NCBI GenBank assembly: GCA_003518105.1
Contig: DOZH01000008.1
Coordinates: 122,128 to 186,127 of the forward strand
DNA from: Candidatus Uhrbacteria bacterium
Lineage (GTDB): Bacteria; Patescibacteriota; Patescibacteriia; UBA9934
Direction: 5' to 3'
Length of the DNA: 64,000 nucleotides
The position numbers and the translations under genes were made by a program. A model generated the notes under the pieces. That model was not told the DNA's origin, did no database searches, and saw nothing but the letters and a program-made list of their open reading frames with translations. Below, piece by piece: positions 18,952 through 28,158 of this stretch (within the stretch, counting starts at the first letter, position 1; every line of letters begins with the position of its first letter).

Positions 18952-21642
18952 TTAATCCGCCAAAATATTACTAGCTTTCATTTCTTCGACTCTCGAGACA
19001 TCAACCAACGGCGGGAAAGTTTCAGTCACGTAGTAATCTTCTAAACCTATCGCCTTAAAGTGAGCAATCGCACAAGCAATCTTTGCTCGCTCATCTTCGT
19101 CAAGACGAGGCTGACCCGCGTCAAAGCCCTTAGTCTCAACCACAAAGCTGTATTTAGTCGAAACTTCGTCATCTAGCGTTTTCTTCTCAATTACCAATGC
19201 CCAGTCTGGATTATAGTCACCTGCTGGCGTTTTAATTTTATACCACTCTGGCAATTTGATAAAACACCGCACTCTATTCTCATTATCTATCTCCTGACCA
19301 AACCTCTCTTCAATTCTGCTATCAAACACCACATGATCATAAACTCCGTGCTGGACCGGCAGAACGTCTTGTCTCGTCTCAAACATTTCTTTGAATTCGG
19401 ACTTATCCCAAGACTCATTCAGCGCCTCATAACTCACACAACGCACCATAGTTTGCTTAACAATCTTCTTAGCCGCAAGAGTCGCTTTCGCCAAAAAAGC
19501 TACTGGATTCTTGGCCACTTTCTTCTTATCTTTCATGCCGGCCAAAATCTGCTGCACTGCACTTTCAGACAAGGTCGACTCATCAGCAAGTTCTGAGACT
19601 AGATTAATCTTGCTAGCTGACATCCCACCAACTTCTATTGCGCTCTCACCAATATATTCACTGGCAATCGAAGTTTCTCCAGCTTTACCTACAGTAAAAT
19701 TAATTCTACCTAACTTAGTCTGTAACATTGGCTTAGGTACAGACATCTTATCCAGTTCACGGATACACTCGCTAATCAAAAGATTTTCATCAAAATGAAC
19801 AGTAAACTTAGTCTTACGCGAAATCACCTCCCATAAACGATCAAAATCACTGCTCTCAAAAACCGCTTCATTACGCTTAACCGTGGTCGCTACCTTGCGA
19901 GCGTCCACAATTTTCAAGTCTTTAGCCACATCTCCATATTCAACTGCCAATTCGGCTTGATATTGTGCCACAAAGCCCTCATAACTTTGATTAGGAATAA
20001 CCGTCAACACGTTGACCGGCAAACCTTCTTCTAGTTTTTCCGGGTCCCTTACTCGATTACCAGTCTGGTCGACACAAATACGCAAACCACGTCCAATCTC
20101 TTGGCGTTTCTGAATGGCACTTTGCGTCTCATTCAAAGTACAAATGTTAAAAATATTTGGGTTGTCCCAACCTACACCCAATGCCGAGTGCGAAAAAATA
20201 AACTCTAAAGGCTCAGCAAAACTAAGCAATCGCTCCTTATCACGCATGATCAAATCGAACACTTCGGCATTCTTACTCATAGCTGACTCACTATCCGTCC
20301 ACTCACCCTTACCAGTCTTGGCGAAATAACCATTGTGAACTGTAGTTGTATTCATTGGGTACACTCCGTATTTCTTTTTATACTCATCACTATAAGCCTC
20401 AACAAATAAACGCCTAATCAAACCATTCTCATCCTGGTAATTAGCGACCCGATCAATAAAGAACAATGATAGAACTTTGATTCCTTGCTCTTGCAATTTT
20501 TCCTTCTTTTTAAAGTGCTGAACTACCGTCAAGCGAATCTGTTCTCTAAACACTGCCTCTTTATCCTCCCCGCGGCTGGCGCCCATCTTGAGTTCTTCAC
20601 CATTGGTAAAACGAACTCGAGCTATTTCGTCATTCATGTCTTTCCAAATTCTCTCCACTACCCAACCATCATAAACCAAATTATTGGTCTTTACCGCCAA
20701 ATCCGTATCCTTACCTACTTTAATATTTTTCAACTTAAACTCTCCTCCCGCTAATCTCACCATTACCTCGAGCGTAGCAGCTGGTTGCTTGCCAGCTACA
20801 AAATCAACACTCTTGATCGCAATATTCGCCGAGCTCTCCGTATTCTGCTCATGTACGGATAATACCTCAACCTGCTTAACCAATTTCTTACTATACGCAT
20901 CAAACGGCGTCAGTTGATAAATCAAATTCTTAAGCACTTTATGCGTTGCCGAATAGCGTAACTTCAATATCGGCTTCAAGCCGTTCGCAATCTGCTCAGT
21001 CGCCTTGTCAGTGTCCATGCCCTTCTGGGGTTCATCGAGAATAATCACAGGCTGCACCTGTCCGATCAAATCGATTAGCCGTTCACCACCGTTGCTGTCT
21101 CGCAACTGATTGATAATCTTGTTCTCTCCCACAAAAGCCTGGGTATTCATGACCATGATCTGCAAATCACCCGACTGGGCATAACCGCGAACCATCGCCG
21201 GCTTCTTACTGTCATAAGCGAAAGCCCGGTAATTTACCCCATACAACGCTTTAAAATGCTCGCTAGCGCTCCGTAAGGTGGATAACACACCTTCCTTAAT
21301 AGCAATAGACGGCACGAGGATAATAAACTTGGACAAACCGTAAACTTTGTTCAGCTCAAAAATGGTTCGCAAATAAACATAAGTCTTACCAGTACCAGTC
21401 TCCATCTCGATTGAAAAATCCATGTCAGTCATGGCCTTAACCTCAATAATCCCGTTATTCTCAGCAATCCTATCCCTATTAGCCCAAATCTCCTCATCAC
21501 TAAGCCCAACCTTGTTGGCACAAACGCCTTCGAACAATCTCTCCTCAGGCCTAATATACGGCGCACCAGCAAATAGCCCCGTCACCGCCGCAATGGCATC
21601 GAGTTGGTACTGGAGGTTGGGTTCAAAGTGGAGTTTCAGCAT
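18952..21642 (-). CDS. res: Type III restriction enzyme Res subunit (SF2 helicase-nuclease, 896 aa)
   Basis: Walker A METGTGKTY and a DEPQ box (VIILDEPQKG), plus a C-terminal nuclease-like region. It lies 9 nt upstream of mod. Confidence 0.8.
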   Translation of the reverse strand: MLKLHFEPNLQYQLDAIAAVTGLFAGAPYIRPEERLFEGVCANKVGLSDEEIWANRDRIAENNGIIEVKAMTDMDFSIEMETGTGKTYVYLRTIFELNKVYGLSKFIILVPSIAIKEGVLSTLRSASEHFKALYGVNYRAFAYDSKKPAMVRGYAQSGDLQIMVMNTQAFVGENKIINQLRDSNGGERLIDLIGQVQPVIILDEPQKGMDTDKATEQIANGLKPILKLRYSATHKVLKNLIYQLTPFDAYSKKLVKQVEVLSVHEQNTESSANIAIKSVDFVAGKQPAATLEVMVRLAGGEFKLKNIKVGKDTDLAVKTNNLVYDGWVVERIWKDMNDEIARVRFTNGEELKMGASRGEDKEAVFREQIRLTVVQHFKKKEKLQEQGIKVLSLFFIDRVANYQDENGLIRRLFVEAYSDEYKKKYGVYPMNTTTVHNGYFAKTGKGEWTDSESAMSKNAEVFDLIMRDKERLLSFAEPLEFIFSHSALGVGWDNPNIFNICTLNETQSAIQKRQEIGRGLRICVDQTGNRVRDPEKLEEGLPVNVLTVIPNQSYEGFVAQYQAELAVEYGDVAKDLKIVDARKVATTVKRNEAVFESSDFDRLWEVISRKTKFTVHFDENLLISECIRELDKMSVPKPMLQTKLGRINFTVGKAGETSIASEYIGESAIEVGGMSASKINLVSELADESTLSESAVQQILAGMKDKKKVAKNPVAFLAKATLAAKKIVKQTMVRCVSYEALNESWDKSEFKEMFETRQDVLPVQHGVYDHVVFDSRIEERFGQEIDNENRVRCFIKLPEWYKIKTPAGDYNPDWALVIEKKTLDDEVSTKYSFVVETKGFDAGQPRLDEDERAKIACAIAHFKAIGLEDYYVTETFPPLVDVSRVEEMKASNILAD

Positions 21643-21705
21643 AGGTAGGAGGTTACTGCGAGGTATTCTAGCACATATTCAAGCAACTAGGCTGTGTAAG
21701 ATTAA

Positions 21706-22455
21706 TTAGATGAATATTTTTTTATTAAACAAATGATTCAGTATTTTTACCCCCTGGTCATATGGAATATGCGGGATCATTATTCTCCCCTCCTTAGTTA
21801 TAACAGTCTCACCAAATACTTCATCTGTGTTTTTGTTAGTAATATTATATATAAATACCCACCCACCAATCACTAATACATAGCCAATATTTTGATACTT
21901 CACCCCCGCTGACGGGACTCTGATTTCTCTCGGCTCACCAACAATCTCGCTCGGTAGATTTTGGTTATGGTAGCGGGAGAGCATGCATGGAAAGCTACCC
22001 AATTCACCGGCATTACCAGAATTGAGCATCTCTCTAATCGCCTCTTCATATTTGCCAAGCTTCACTTTAGCGAAAAAAGGTAAATTTGAAATACTTGCTC
22101 TCCATAATAATGAGAGACAAAAGAGCTTAAATTTTGTATAATCTAACCCGTTGATCACCGTATATTCTAACCCATCCTCCTTCCGAAAATAATTAACTTG
22201 AACCGGAGGAATTACTTCGTCGCAAAAGACAGTTTTCGCATAAGTTTCATATTGGTTAATGACTTCATTATCGCATTTTGCACAAAGTATATCGGCCTCA
22301 TGTAAACCACTTTGAACGAATTTTGACCTATAGTTCTGTAATGATAAATTAACAAGTCGATGCTTGTCATCGTACATTTGTGTATATAAAAAATCTGACC
22401 AAATGTGAGACTTTTTTAAGAGCACGGTCTCTTTTAAACATAATCGACATTGCAT
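21706..22455 (-). CDS. Cys-rich putative zinc-binding protein, possibly HNH-like (249 aa)
   Basis: CRLC..KSHIW then CAKCDNE gives a C-x2-C ... H ... C-x2-C-D-N spacing reminiscent of HNH/zinc-ribbon nucleases. This is a weak call. Confidence 0.35.
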   Translation of the reverse strand: MQCRLCLKETVLLKKSHIWSDFLYTQMYDDKHRLVNLSLQNYRSKFVQSGLHEADILCAKCDNEVINQYETYAKTVFCDEVIPPVQVNYFRKEDGLEYTVINGLDYTKFKLFCLSLLWRASISNLPFFAKVKLGKYEEAIREMLNSGNAGELGSFPCMLSRYHNQNLPSEIVGEPREIRVPSAGVKYQNIGYVLVIGGWVFIYNITNKNTDEVFGETVITKEGRIMIPHIPYDQGVKILNHLFNKKIFI

Positions 22456-22470
22456 AATGCGACGCCTTAT

Positions 22471-23415
22471 TTAAAGACTTTGCTCGACCTCTTTAACATG
22501 CCTGGCAAAAACTCGTTTAAACGATGAAATATTCTTCAATAACCAATTGAAATAATCGATACGTCTATCCAAATCCTCCATAGAAAACTCATGGGAGATG
22601 ATAACCCTGGCAGCCTTAGCATGCTCGAGTCTTTGCCAATCTAGCTCCATGCCGATTTCCTTTTCTATCGCTGTTTTACGCTCTAACAAACCATCAAATA
22701 GTGGCTTATTATTAGAAATAAAAAGCTCGCAACTCATGATCTTTTTCTGCGAGCGAATAACCATCGTCACATGGGCCTTACTACTACCAATAGATACGTC
22801 CATATACGCCTGCGCGCGAGGTGACTGGAAGCGTATATCCTTATAATGCTCAACACCATACTCATGCAAAGCCGTCCAAAACTCAAGTTGACGAAGATTA
22901 CCTTCGCTTGGTTCACCTCTCCCAGAAGCATTCTTAATTGTCTTTGCCCATTCATTTGGACGACAAATAACATCAAATTTTGGTGCTGGCTTAGAGTCAC
23001 CAATTTGCCAAAGCTCGAGCTTTACAGCAAAAAAGTTCACTTCATCAGTAGTATGTTCATTAAGCCAGTCAATTGCTTGACGATGTTCCTCTCTAACCTC
23101 CTTAAAGATCCAAATTATATATCCTGCCCCATGTCCTGAGGCATACGTAATAAGCTTGCCAAGATGATCGTGGTCGGTGGTTTCAAGTTGATTTTCAATA
23201 ATAGCCTTGATGCCTGTTCCCTCTTCTTCTACAAGAATATCAACGTTAAAGTCACCTACGTTAGCCTCTGTTTGAATCAATAAAAGATCTAGTCCTAGCT
23301 CTTCTCCTAAAGCAGCTAGGTTGTCGGTCTCGGCTAGCCATCTTGTGAACTCTGGTTCAAATGGCCATACCCTCCGTAAATCAGTTTTAATAATATTTCC
23401 AAGATCAATTGTCAT
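22471..23415 (-). CDS. PD-(D/E)XK nuclease-like protein (DUF4268-like), about 314 aa from the internal ATG
   Basis: VGDFNVDILVEEEGTGIKAIIENQLETTDHDHLGKL contains a D..E.Q/K-type nuclease core. The start at 23415 avoids overlap with the upstream MazG gene; the ORF-track frame extends to 23487. Confidence 0.45.
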   Translation of the reverse strand: MTIDLGNIIKTDLRRVWPFEPEFTRWLAETDNLAALGEELGLDLLLIQTEANVGDFNVDILVEEEGTGIKAIIENQLETTDHDHLGKLITYASGHGAGYIIWIFKEVREEHRQAIDWLNEHTTDEVNFFAVKLELWQIGDSKPAPKFDVICRPNEWAKTIKNASGRGEPSEGNLRQLEFWTALHEYGVEHYKDIRFQSPRAQAYMDVSIGSSKAHVTMVIRSQKKIMSCELFISNNKPLFDGLLERKTAIEKEIGMELDWQRLEHAKAARVIISHEFSMEDLDRRIDYFNWLLKNISSFKRVFARHVKEVEQSL

Positions 23416-23425
23416 ATATAGAAAT

Positions 23426-23776
23426 TTATAATTCAGTATATTTAACCGCACTCCCCTTACTCTTCTCCACCGGATACTTCTCCCCATTCTTCACCAGCTT
23501 ACGCTCAAACGCCTGGCCGATGTCGATGCCGAGGTCGTGGGACATTAAGAGGACCCAGTACAGAACGTCGGCGAGTTCGTCGGCTACGTCTGACTGGTGG
23601 GTAATGAGATACTCGGTTAGAGCCTCGCCATTACGCCATTGGAAGTGTTCCAGTACCTCTGTCGCCTCCAGCTGGAGCGAGATGGCGCAATCCTTGGGAT
23701 TATGGAACTGCGCCCAGTTGCGAGCGTCACGGAACTTCACTACTTGGTCAGTCAGGTTGGCGATGGAGTCGGACAT
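23426..23776 (-). CDS. MazG-like nucleotide pyrophosphohydrolase (small all-alpha NTP-PPase, 116 aa)
   Basis: FRDARNWAQFHNPKD..EATEVLEHFQW..ELADVLYWVLLM..KNGEKYP matches the MazG/HisE-type NTP pyrophosphatase signature. Confidence 0.75.
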   Translation of the reverse strand: MSDSIANLTDQVVKFRDARNWAQFHNPKDCAISLQLEATEVLEHFQWRNGEALTEYLITHQSDVADELADVLYWVLLMSHDLGIDIGQAFERKLVKNGEKYPVEKSKGSAVKYTEL

Positions 23777-23803
23777 ATTATAGTTTACTAACTTTTTAGT
23801 ACT

Positions 23804-24820
23804 TTAGCCCACCTTATGCTCAACTATTCTCTGAACCTCCTTAATACTCTCTAAATACGCCTCCTCTACGGGCGAAAGTGTCTTAGCTTGATACTTACGG
23901 TATTCACTCGTCGCTTTGTCTACAGCTCGTTCGTGACTAATGGAGCCAGCGTCTTTCAGTGCACCTTTACCAAAATTCTCAGCAAATTTGTCTAGCTCGG
24001 CAATCCAGTCTACCATCCGCATTTTTTCATGTTCCTGTGCCTTAATTTCTGCTAAATCAAAGAAGGCGGAGACTAAACGGTTTAAACGAAAAAGTTCATC
24101 TTTAGTTAAATAATTTTTCGCAATTCTCACCTCCGCCAGCACCGGCATGGCCCCAGCAAAAGTCGTTAGGCCCATAAAATCCTTGGCAGCATCTGCACGT
24201 TCGTGAATAGTTTCGGCAGCCGTGTGTTGATTAGTTGCGTAGTGCAATTTATTTTGTACAACTTTAAAAAACGCTACCGACTCAGAACTCTGCGGGTTAT
24301 AATCTATGCTCGTAGCGTATAAATCGAGCACCTGACGGTAGAGGGCCTTCTCGCTCGAACGAATATCCCGAATACGCTCAAGCAGCTCTTTCCAATATTG
24401 TCCGCCACCATTGCCCTTGAGCCGTTCGTCGTCCATGGTGAAGCCCTTCACAATATACTCTCGCAAACGTGCCGTGGCCCACATGCGGAATTGTGTGCCT
24501 TGAACAGATTTTACGCGGTAGCCAACGGAGATAATAACGTCCAGGTTGTAAAGTTTGACCTCTGATGTCTGGGTTTTCCCCTCAATTGCACCGTGTTTAG
24601 TGGTTCGTCGGGAATTCCGACATACCACTTTTTCATCTAGTTCTTCTTCTTTAAAGATGTTTAAGATATGTTCGGCGACCGTGGATCGTCCTTTGTCAAA
24701 AAGTTCAGCCATCTGGTCTTGAGTAAGCCACACCGTCTCATTTTCAAGTCGTACCTCAAGCCTTGGGGCGCCGTTACCCCCTTCGTAGATAATTATTTCG
24801 TTGTTAGGTTTATTGACCAT
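23804..24820 (-). CDS. RhuM-family protein (full length, 338 aa)
   Basis: TVWLTQDQMAELF...YNLDVIISVGYRVKS..GTQFRMWAT plus the long helical C-terminal region typical of the Virulence_RhuM family. Confidence 0.75.
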   Translation of the reverse strand: MVNKPNNEIIIYEGGNGAPRLEVRLENETVWLTQDQMAELFDKGRSTVAEHILNIFKEEELDEKVVCRNSRRTTKHGAIEGKTQTSEVKLYNLDVIISVGYRVKSVQGTQFRMWATARLREYIVKGFTMDDERLKGNGGGQYWKELLERIRDIRSSEKALYRQVLDLYATSIDYNPQSSESVAFFKVVQNKLHYATNQHTAAETIHERADAAKDFMGLTTFAGAMPVLAEVRIAKNYLTKDELFRLNRLVSAFFDLAEIKAQEHEKMRMVDWIAELDKFAENFGKGALKDAGSISHERAVDKATSEYRKYQAKTLSPVEEAYLESIKEVQRIVEHKVG

Positions 24821-24824
24821 ATCA

Positions 24825-25649
24825 TTATTTTACGAGCTTCTTACCGGTAGACTTCACCTGTCGCTCCACCTTTTTCAAGTCTTCCTCTGCTGGTAAATTC
24901 TCCGGCTGAATGCCACTTTTCAGCAGTACCTCGCGGACGTTCTGATTATTCTTGATATGCTCCTCGGCTATTGGTTGCTCACCATATAACGCTCGTTCTT
25001 TCTTCACATTAAAACTAGTAATCTCGTTCGCCAAATCTTTCGCCTTAATCGTTACCGCTGGCAAAAAGTCGGCCAATGGACGTTTAGCGGGAATACCGAG
25101 CTTAGCCTTCATCTCTTGAGTACTATGACCACCAAATAATACATTATCGCCTTTGCTCTTAATTCGCGCTAAGCCAATATTATCAACCCCACGCTCAAAC
25201 AAAACGCCGGACAACTCTCTATCAGATTCGGTGAGCTTGTTACGAGCCTGTAATCGCTCCAAATCCGCCAAACGCTTGACGATGAGCTCCTGATTCCTCG
25301 TTTGTACCGCAAAGTAAGTCTGAGCAAAAGCAATCTCGTCTTTGCGAGGATCGCCATTCTGAGCAATGAGATAGCAAGCGTAACGGGTAAGCATAATATC
25401 TGCTACTTCCCGAGTTCCGCCATTCGGCATTGGGGATGATTTCGTGACGTCACGAAAATGATCATTCATTGGCTGTTTTGCCGTCTCACAAGCAATCCTC
25501 GCCTTTTTCAAGGCATTTTCGAAGTTCTCCCAACGTCCATAACCAAGCAAAGTCTGTAACTCACGCGCATACCAAAACTCAACCCCGTTCTCTTCGTGCA
25601 CACAATCCTCAAAATTCTTATGTAATGCAGTGATAACTTGGGGCTCCAT
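24825..25649 (-). CDS. dinD: DNA-damage-inducible protein D (DinD) homolog
   Basis: Collinear similarity to E. coli DinD (FWYARELQTLLGY..W.NF, LTRYACYLIAQNGDP, FAQTYFAVQTR, GSTELAANLFR-like segments). Confidence 0.8.
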   Translation of the reverse strand: MEPQVITALHKNFEDCVHEENGVEFWYARELQTLLGYGRWENFENALKKARIACETAKQPMNDHFRDVTKSSPMPNGGTREVADIMLTRYACYLIAQNGDPRKDEIAFAQTYFAVQTRNQELIVKRLADLERLQARNKLTESDRELSGVLFERGVDNIGLARIKSKGDNVLFGGHSTQEMKAKLGIPAKRPLADFLPAVTIKAKDLANEITSFNVKKERALYGEQPIAEEHIKNNQNVREVLLKSGIQPENLPAEEDLKKVERQVKSTGKKLVK

Positions 25650-25686
25650 ATTTGGTATAGTTAGATGAACCTCAATCTTACCACGT

Positions 25687-27273
25687 CTATCTCTGTCTAC
25701 TTGTTACAGCTGTGACTAACTTCGGCAACCTCACCATCTCCTTCTCCCCATCTTGCGCCAACTTCGCATGAAGTCCCTCCCAGTCAAAAAACGGTAAAAC
25801 GAAAATCATATACCCCAAGCCAATCGGGTGATTCAGGTACGGCGAGAAGACGTGGGTGATGAAGAGCGCGACCACGCCAGCGTAGAGGCCAATAGTCAGC
25901 CAGCGGTGGCCGTGGTTGTGGTAGGTGAAGTAGAAGGCGCGGCTGACGACCACGAGGTACCAGACGAAGGCGATGAGGCCGAGCAAGCCCATCTTGAGCC
26001 AAATGTCCTGATAGCCCCATTCAAAGCGATAGGTGGTGTACTCGCCAGTTGGGTTAGTGGCGCGGATGCGAGGGTCGTCCGTAATGAAGGTGACGTTGTG
26101 ACCAAAGCCGCGGCCGAGCATCGGACTCGCCACAATCTCCTGGTACATCGGGTAAAGCAAGTTCCAGCGGCTACTGACGGCTAACTCGCGGTCGTCGGTC
26201 TTGGTAGTCTTATAGAAAGCTGCCTCCTTAAAGTTGGGATGCGGAGGAATTGGGCTGACAATTACGGCCCAGAACAAGACAGCTCCCAAGGTCATAACTA
26301 GGCCGACCCGACCGGCGTTCAAAATATGCTTGCCGATGGTTTTCGGCGCATCAAGTAGCACAAACAAGGCCACAATGCCAGCTCCAGCTAAGGCACCTAG
26401 GACAAAGCTGCGGGACAAGCTGACGACGAAAGCGGCGGTACAGAGAATTAGGGTCACCTTGGCGGCCAGCGGCATGCGTTCGCTCTTCCACACCGTAAAC
26501 TTAGCGGCGACCAGGGCGAAGATCATGACCATCGGGAAGAAATGCGCTGGTTGGAACACGCGGAAGTACCACGGGCTAGTATTCGACAAGAAGTTACCCA
26601 CAAACCAGCTTGGTCCAGTTAGCAAGGTAACTTCAGCAATGCGGGCGTCACGCACAAATTCGTAGACACTAGTAAGTACGCCCCCTGGAAGATGAGTAAA
26701 GAGAAACAAGATGAAGAGGGTGTTAACGCAAATAAAGATAGTGCTGGCAAAGAAAACCTGGAGCAGTTCTCGTTTTTTATTGCTGTCCCAAACAATCGAC
26801 AACATTGGCAAGAGATAAGCGATGGTGACGTAGCTGTTAGCGTCGTCGAAAACCTGAGCCACATTATTCTGCAGGAAGCCGATGGCGGTACCAAGAACAA
26901 CGGCCACGAGGAGCAGCAACCACGGCGTATCGCGGAGTACCATGAACTTCGGCCACGTCTTCGTCTTAAGCGAAGTCACAAGCCAAGCCAACATGACAGC
27001 AGCGAAGATGACCATTCTGATGGACAAGCTGAAACCGCCGACACTGGCGTCGATGAGGTGACCGTGTCCTCCCACCATAATCTCCGCAAAAGCAATCAAC
27101 AGCCCATTTATCGGATTCTTGTACGCCATGACGGCCGTCACCACAAAGATGAGGCCGAGGACGATCAGCGATGGGATTTGCTGATGTTGGACGGGAATGG
27201 CGACGAGGGTCGTCAAGGTCAACGCTGCTAAGGCTATCCAGGAAGTCTTACCTACAAATTGCTTGCTAAACAT
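25687..27273 (-). CDS. O-antigen ligase/polymerase-like membrane protein (Wzy_C family, 528 aa)
   Basis: At least 10 transmembrane helices, the characteristic LSLSRSFVLGALAG loop motif, and a large periplasmic loop. Confidence 0.65.
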   Translation of the reverse strand: MFSKQFVGKTSWIALAALTLTTLVAIPVQHQQIPSLIVLGLIFVVTAVMAYKNPINGLLIAFAEIMVGGHGHLIDASVGGFSLSIRMVIFAAVMLAWLVTSLKTKTWPKFMVLRDTPWLLLLVAVVLGTAIGFLQNNVAQVFDDANSYVTIAYLLPMLSIVWDSNKKRELLQVFFASTIFICVNTLFILFLFTHLPGGVLTSVYEFVRDARIAEVTLLTGPSWFVGNFLSNTSPWYFRVFQPAHFFPMVMIFALVAAKFTVWKSERMPLAAKVTLILCTAAFVVSLSRSFVLGALAGAGIVALFVLLDAPKTIGKHILNAGRVGLVMTLGAVLFWAVIVSPIPPHPNFKEAAFYKTTKTDDRELAVSSRWNLLYPMYQEIVASPMLGRGFGHNVTFITDDPRIRATNPTGEYTTYRFEWGYQDIWLKMGLLGLIAFVWYLVVVSRAFYFTYHNHGHRWLTIGLYAGVVALFITHVFSPYLNHPIGLGYMIFVLPFFDWEGLHAKLAQDGEKEMVRLPKLVTAVTSRQR

Positions 27274-27282
27274 AATATTAGG

Positions 27283-28158
27283 CTAACCTCGTTTAATTAC
27301 TGCGGCACCGTACGCTAGAACGATGAACACCGGGGCGAGAATCCATAACACCAGCGCCGCGCCAACACCGTGATGCTTGGCAAAATACTTGCGCATACTC
27401 TCCCGCACCCACTTCTGCTTTCTGATAGTCGCTAATTGGTCGAACGTATGCCCCTTGTGGTGGACGATTTCTACATCGGCGTAATGGCGAGTGATAAAGC
27501 CGGCATCATGAGCCATCTTGCAATAGTCCACCTCCTCGAACCAAATGAAGTAACGCTCGTCAAACAGGCCAATGGCGTCGATAACACTCCGACGTATCAT
27601 CATGAACGCGCCCATGATCGAGTCCACATCTTGCGTCTGCAAAGGGTCGACGTCCCGCATCATGTAGTCATCAATACTCCGTACCCGACGCACAAAATGC
27701 GGCACCTTGAGCATGATAAGCAGCTGGTCGATTAGCTTAGGGAAACGACGAATGCTGTCCTGCAGTTCACCATTCGGATAACGGATGATGCAACTGCCAA
27801 TCCCCACCTCAGTATCCCTGTCCATATGCGCAACCATCTTAGCGATGGCGTCAGGCGGCACGACAGTATCGGGATTCAAGAGGAGGACGTAGCGCCCGGT
27901 GGCCAACTTCATTCCTTGATTCACCGCCGCCGCGAACCCTCGGTTCATTTCGTTCGACCTATAGGTTGCATCGGTCAAATATTCTTTAACGAGTTTTTCT
28001 GTAGCTGCATTCCCCGCGTTATCAACCACGATGATCTCGTCCCGGACGAGGCTTGTCCCGGACGAGGCTTGTCCGGGACGTGTCAATGATTTCAAACACG
28101 CCGTCAAAACCGCCGGAGCTTCTTTATAAGTCAGAATTACTATCGAGACGTCGGTCAT
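27283..28158 (-). CDS. family 2 glycosyltransferase (GT2)
   Basis: SIVILTYKEAP...EIIVVDNAGN then DxD/QxxRW-type downstream motifs. It contains the 16-bp tandem repeat at 28039-28080. Confidence 0.8.
   Translation of the reverse strand: MTDVSIVILTYKEAPAVLTACLKSLTRPGQASSGTSLVRDEIIVVDNAGNAATEKLVKEYLTDATYRSNEMNRGFAAAVNQGMKLATGRYVLLLNPDTVVPPDAIAKMVAHMDRDTEVGIGSCIIRYPNGELQDSIRRFPKLIDQLLIMLKVPHFVRRVRSIDDYMMRDVDPLQTQDVDSIMGAFMMIRRSVIDAIGLFDERYFIWFEEVDYCKMAHDAGFITRHYADVEIVHHKGHTFDQLATIRKQKWVRESMRKYFAKHHGVGAALVLWILAPVFIVLAYGAAVIKRG
28039..28080. repeat. perfect 16-bp tandem duplication (GTCCCGGACGAGGCTT x2, plus a near-copy) inside the GT2 coding sequence
   Basis: Read directly: 28039-28054 and 28055-28070 are identical, followed by GTCCGGGACG. 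A unit length of 16 is not a multiple of 3, and the ORF is in frame only with the present copy number. Confidence 0.9.

Noticed and set aside
25784-26184. Cluster of overlapping Arg/Pro-rich ORFs in three frames
   Set aside because: They lie inside the O-antigen-ligase-like gene in a locally GC-rich patch. Low stop-codon frequency explains them. This was noted only as a compositional oddity.
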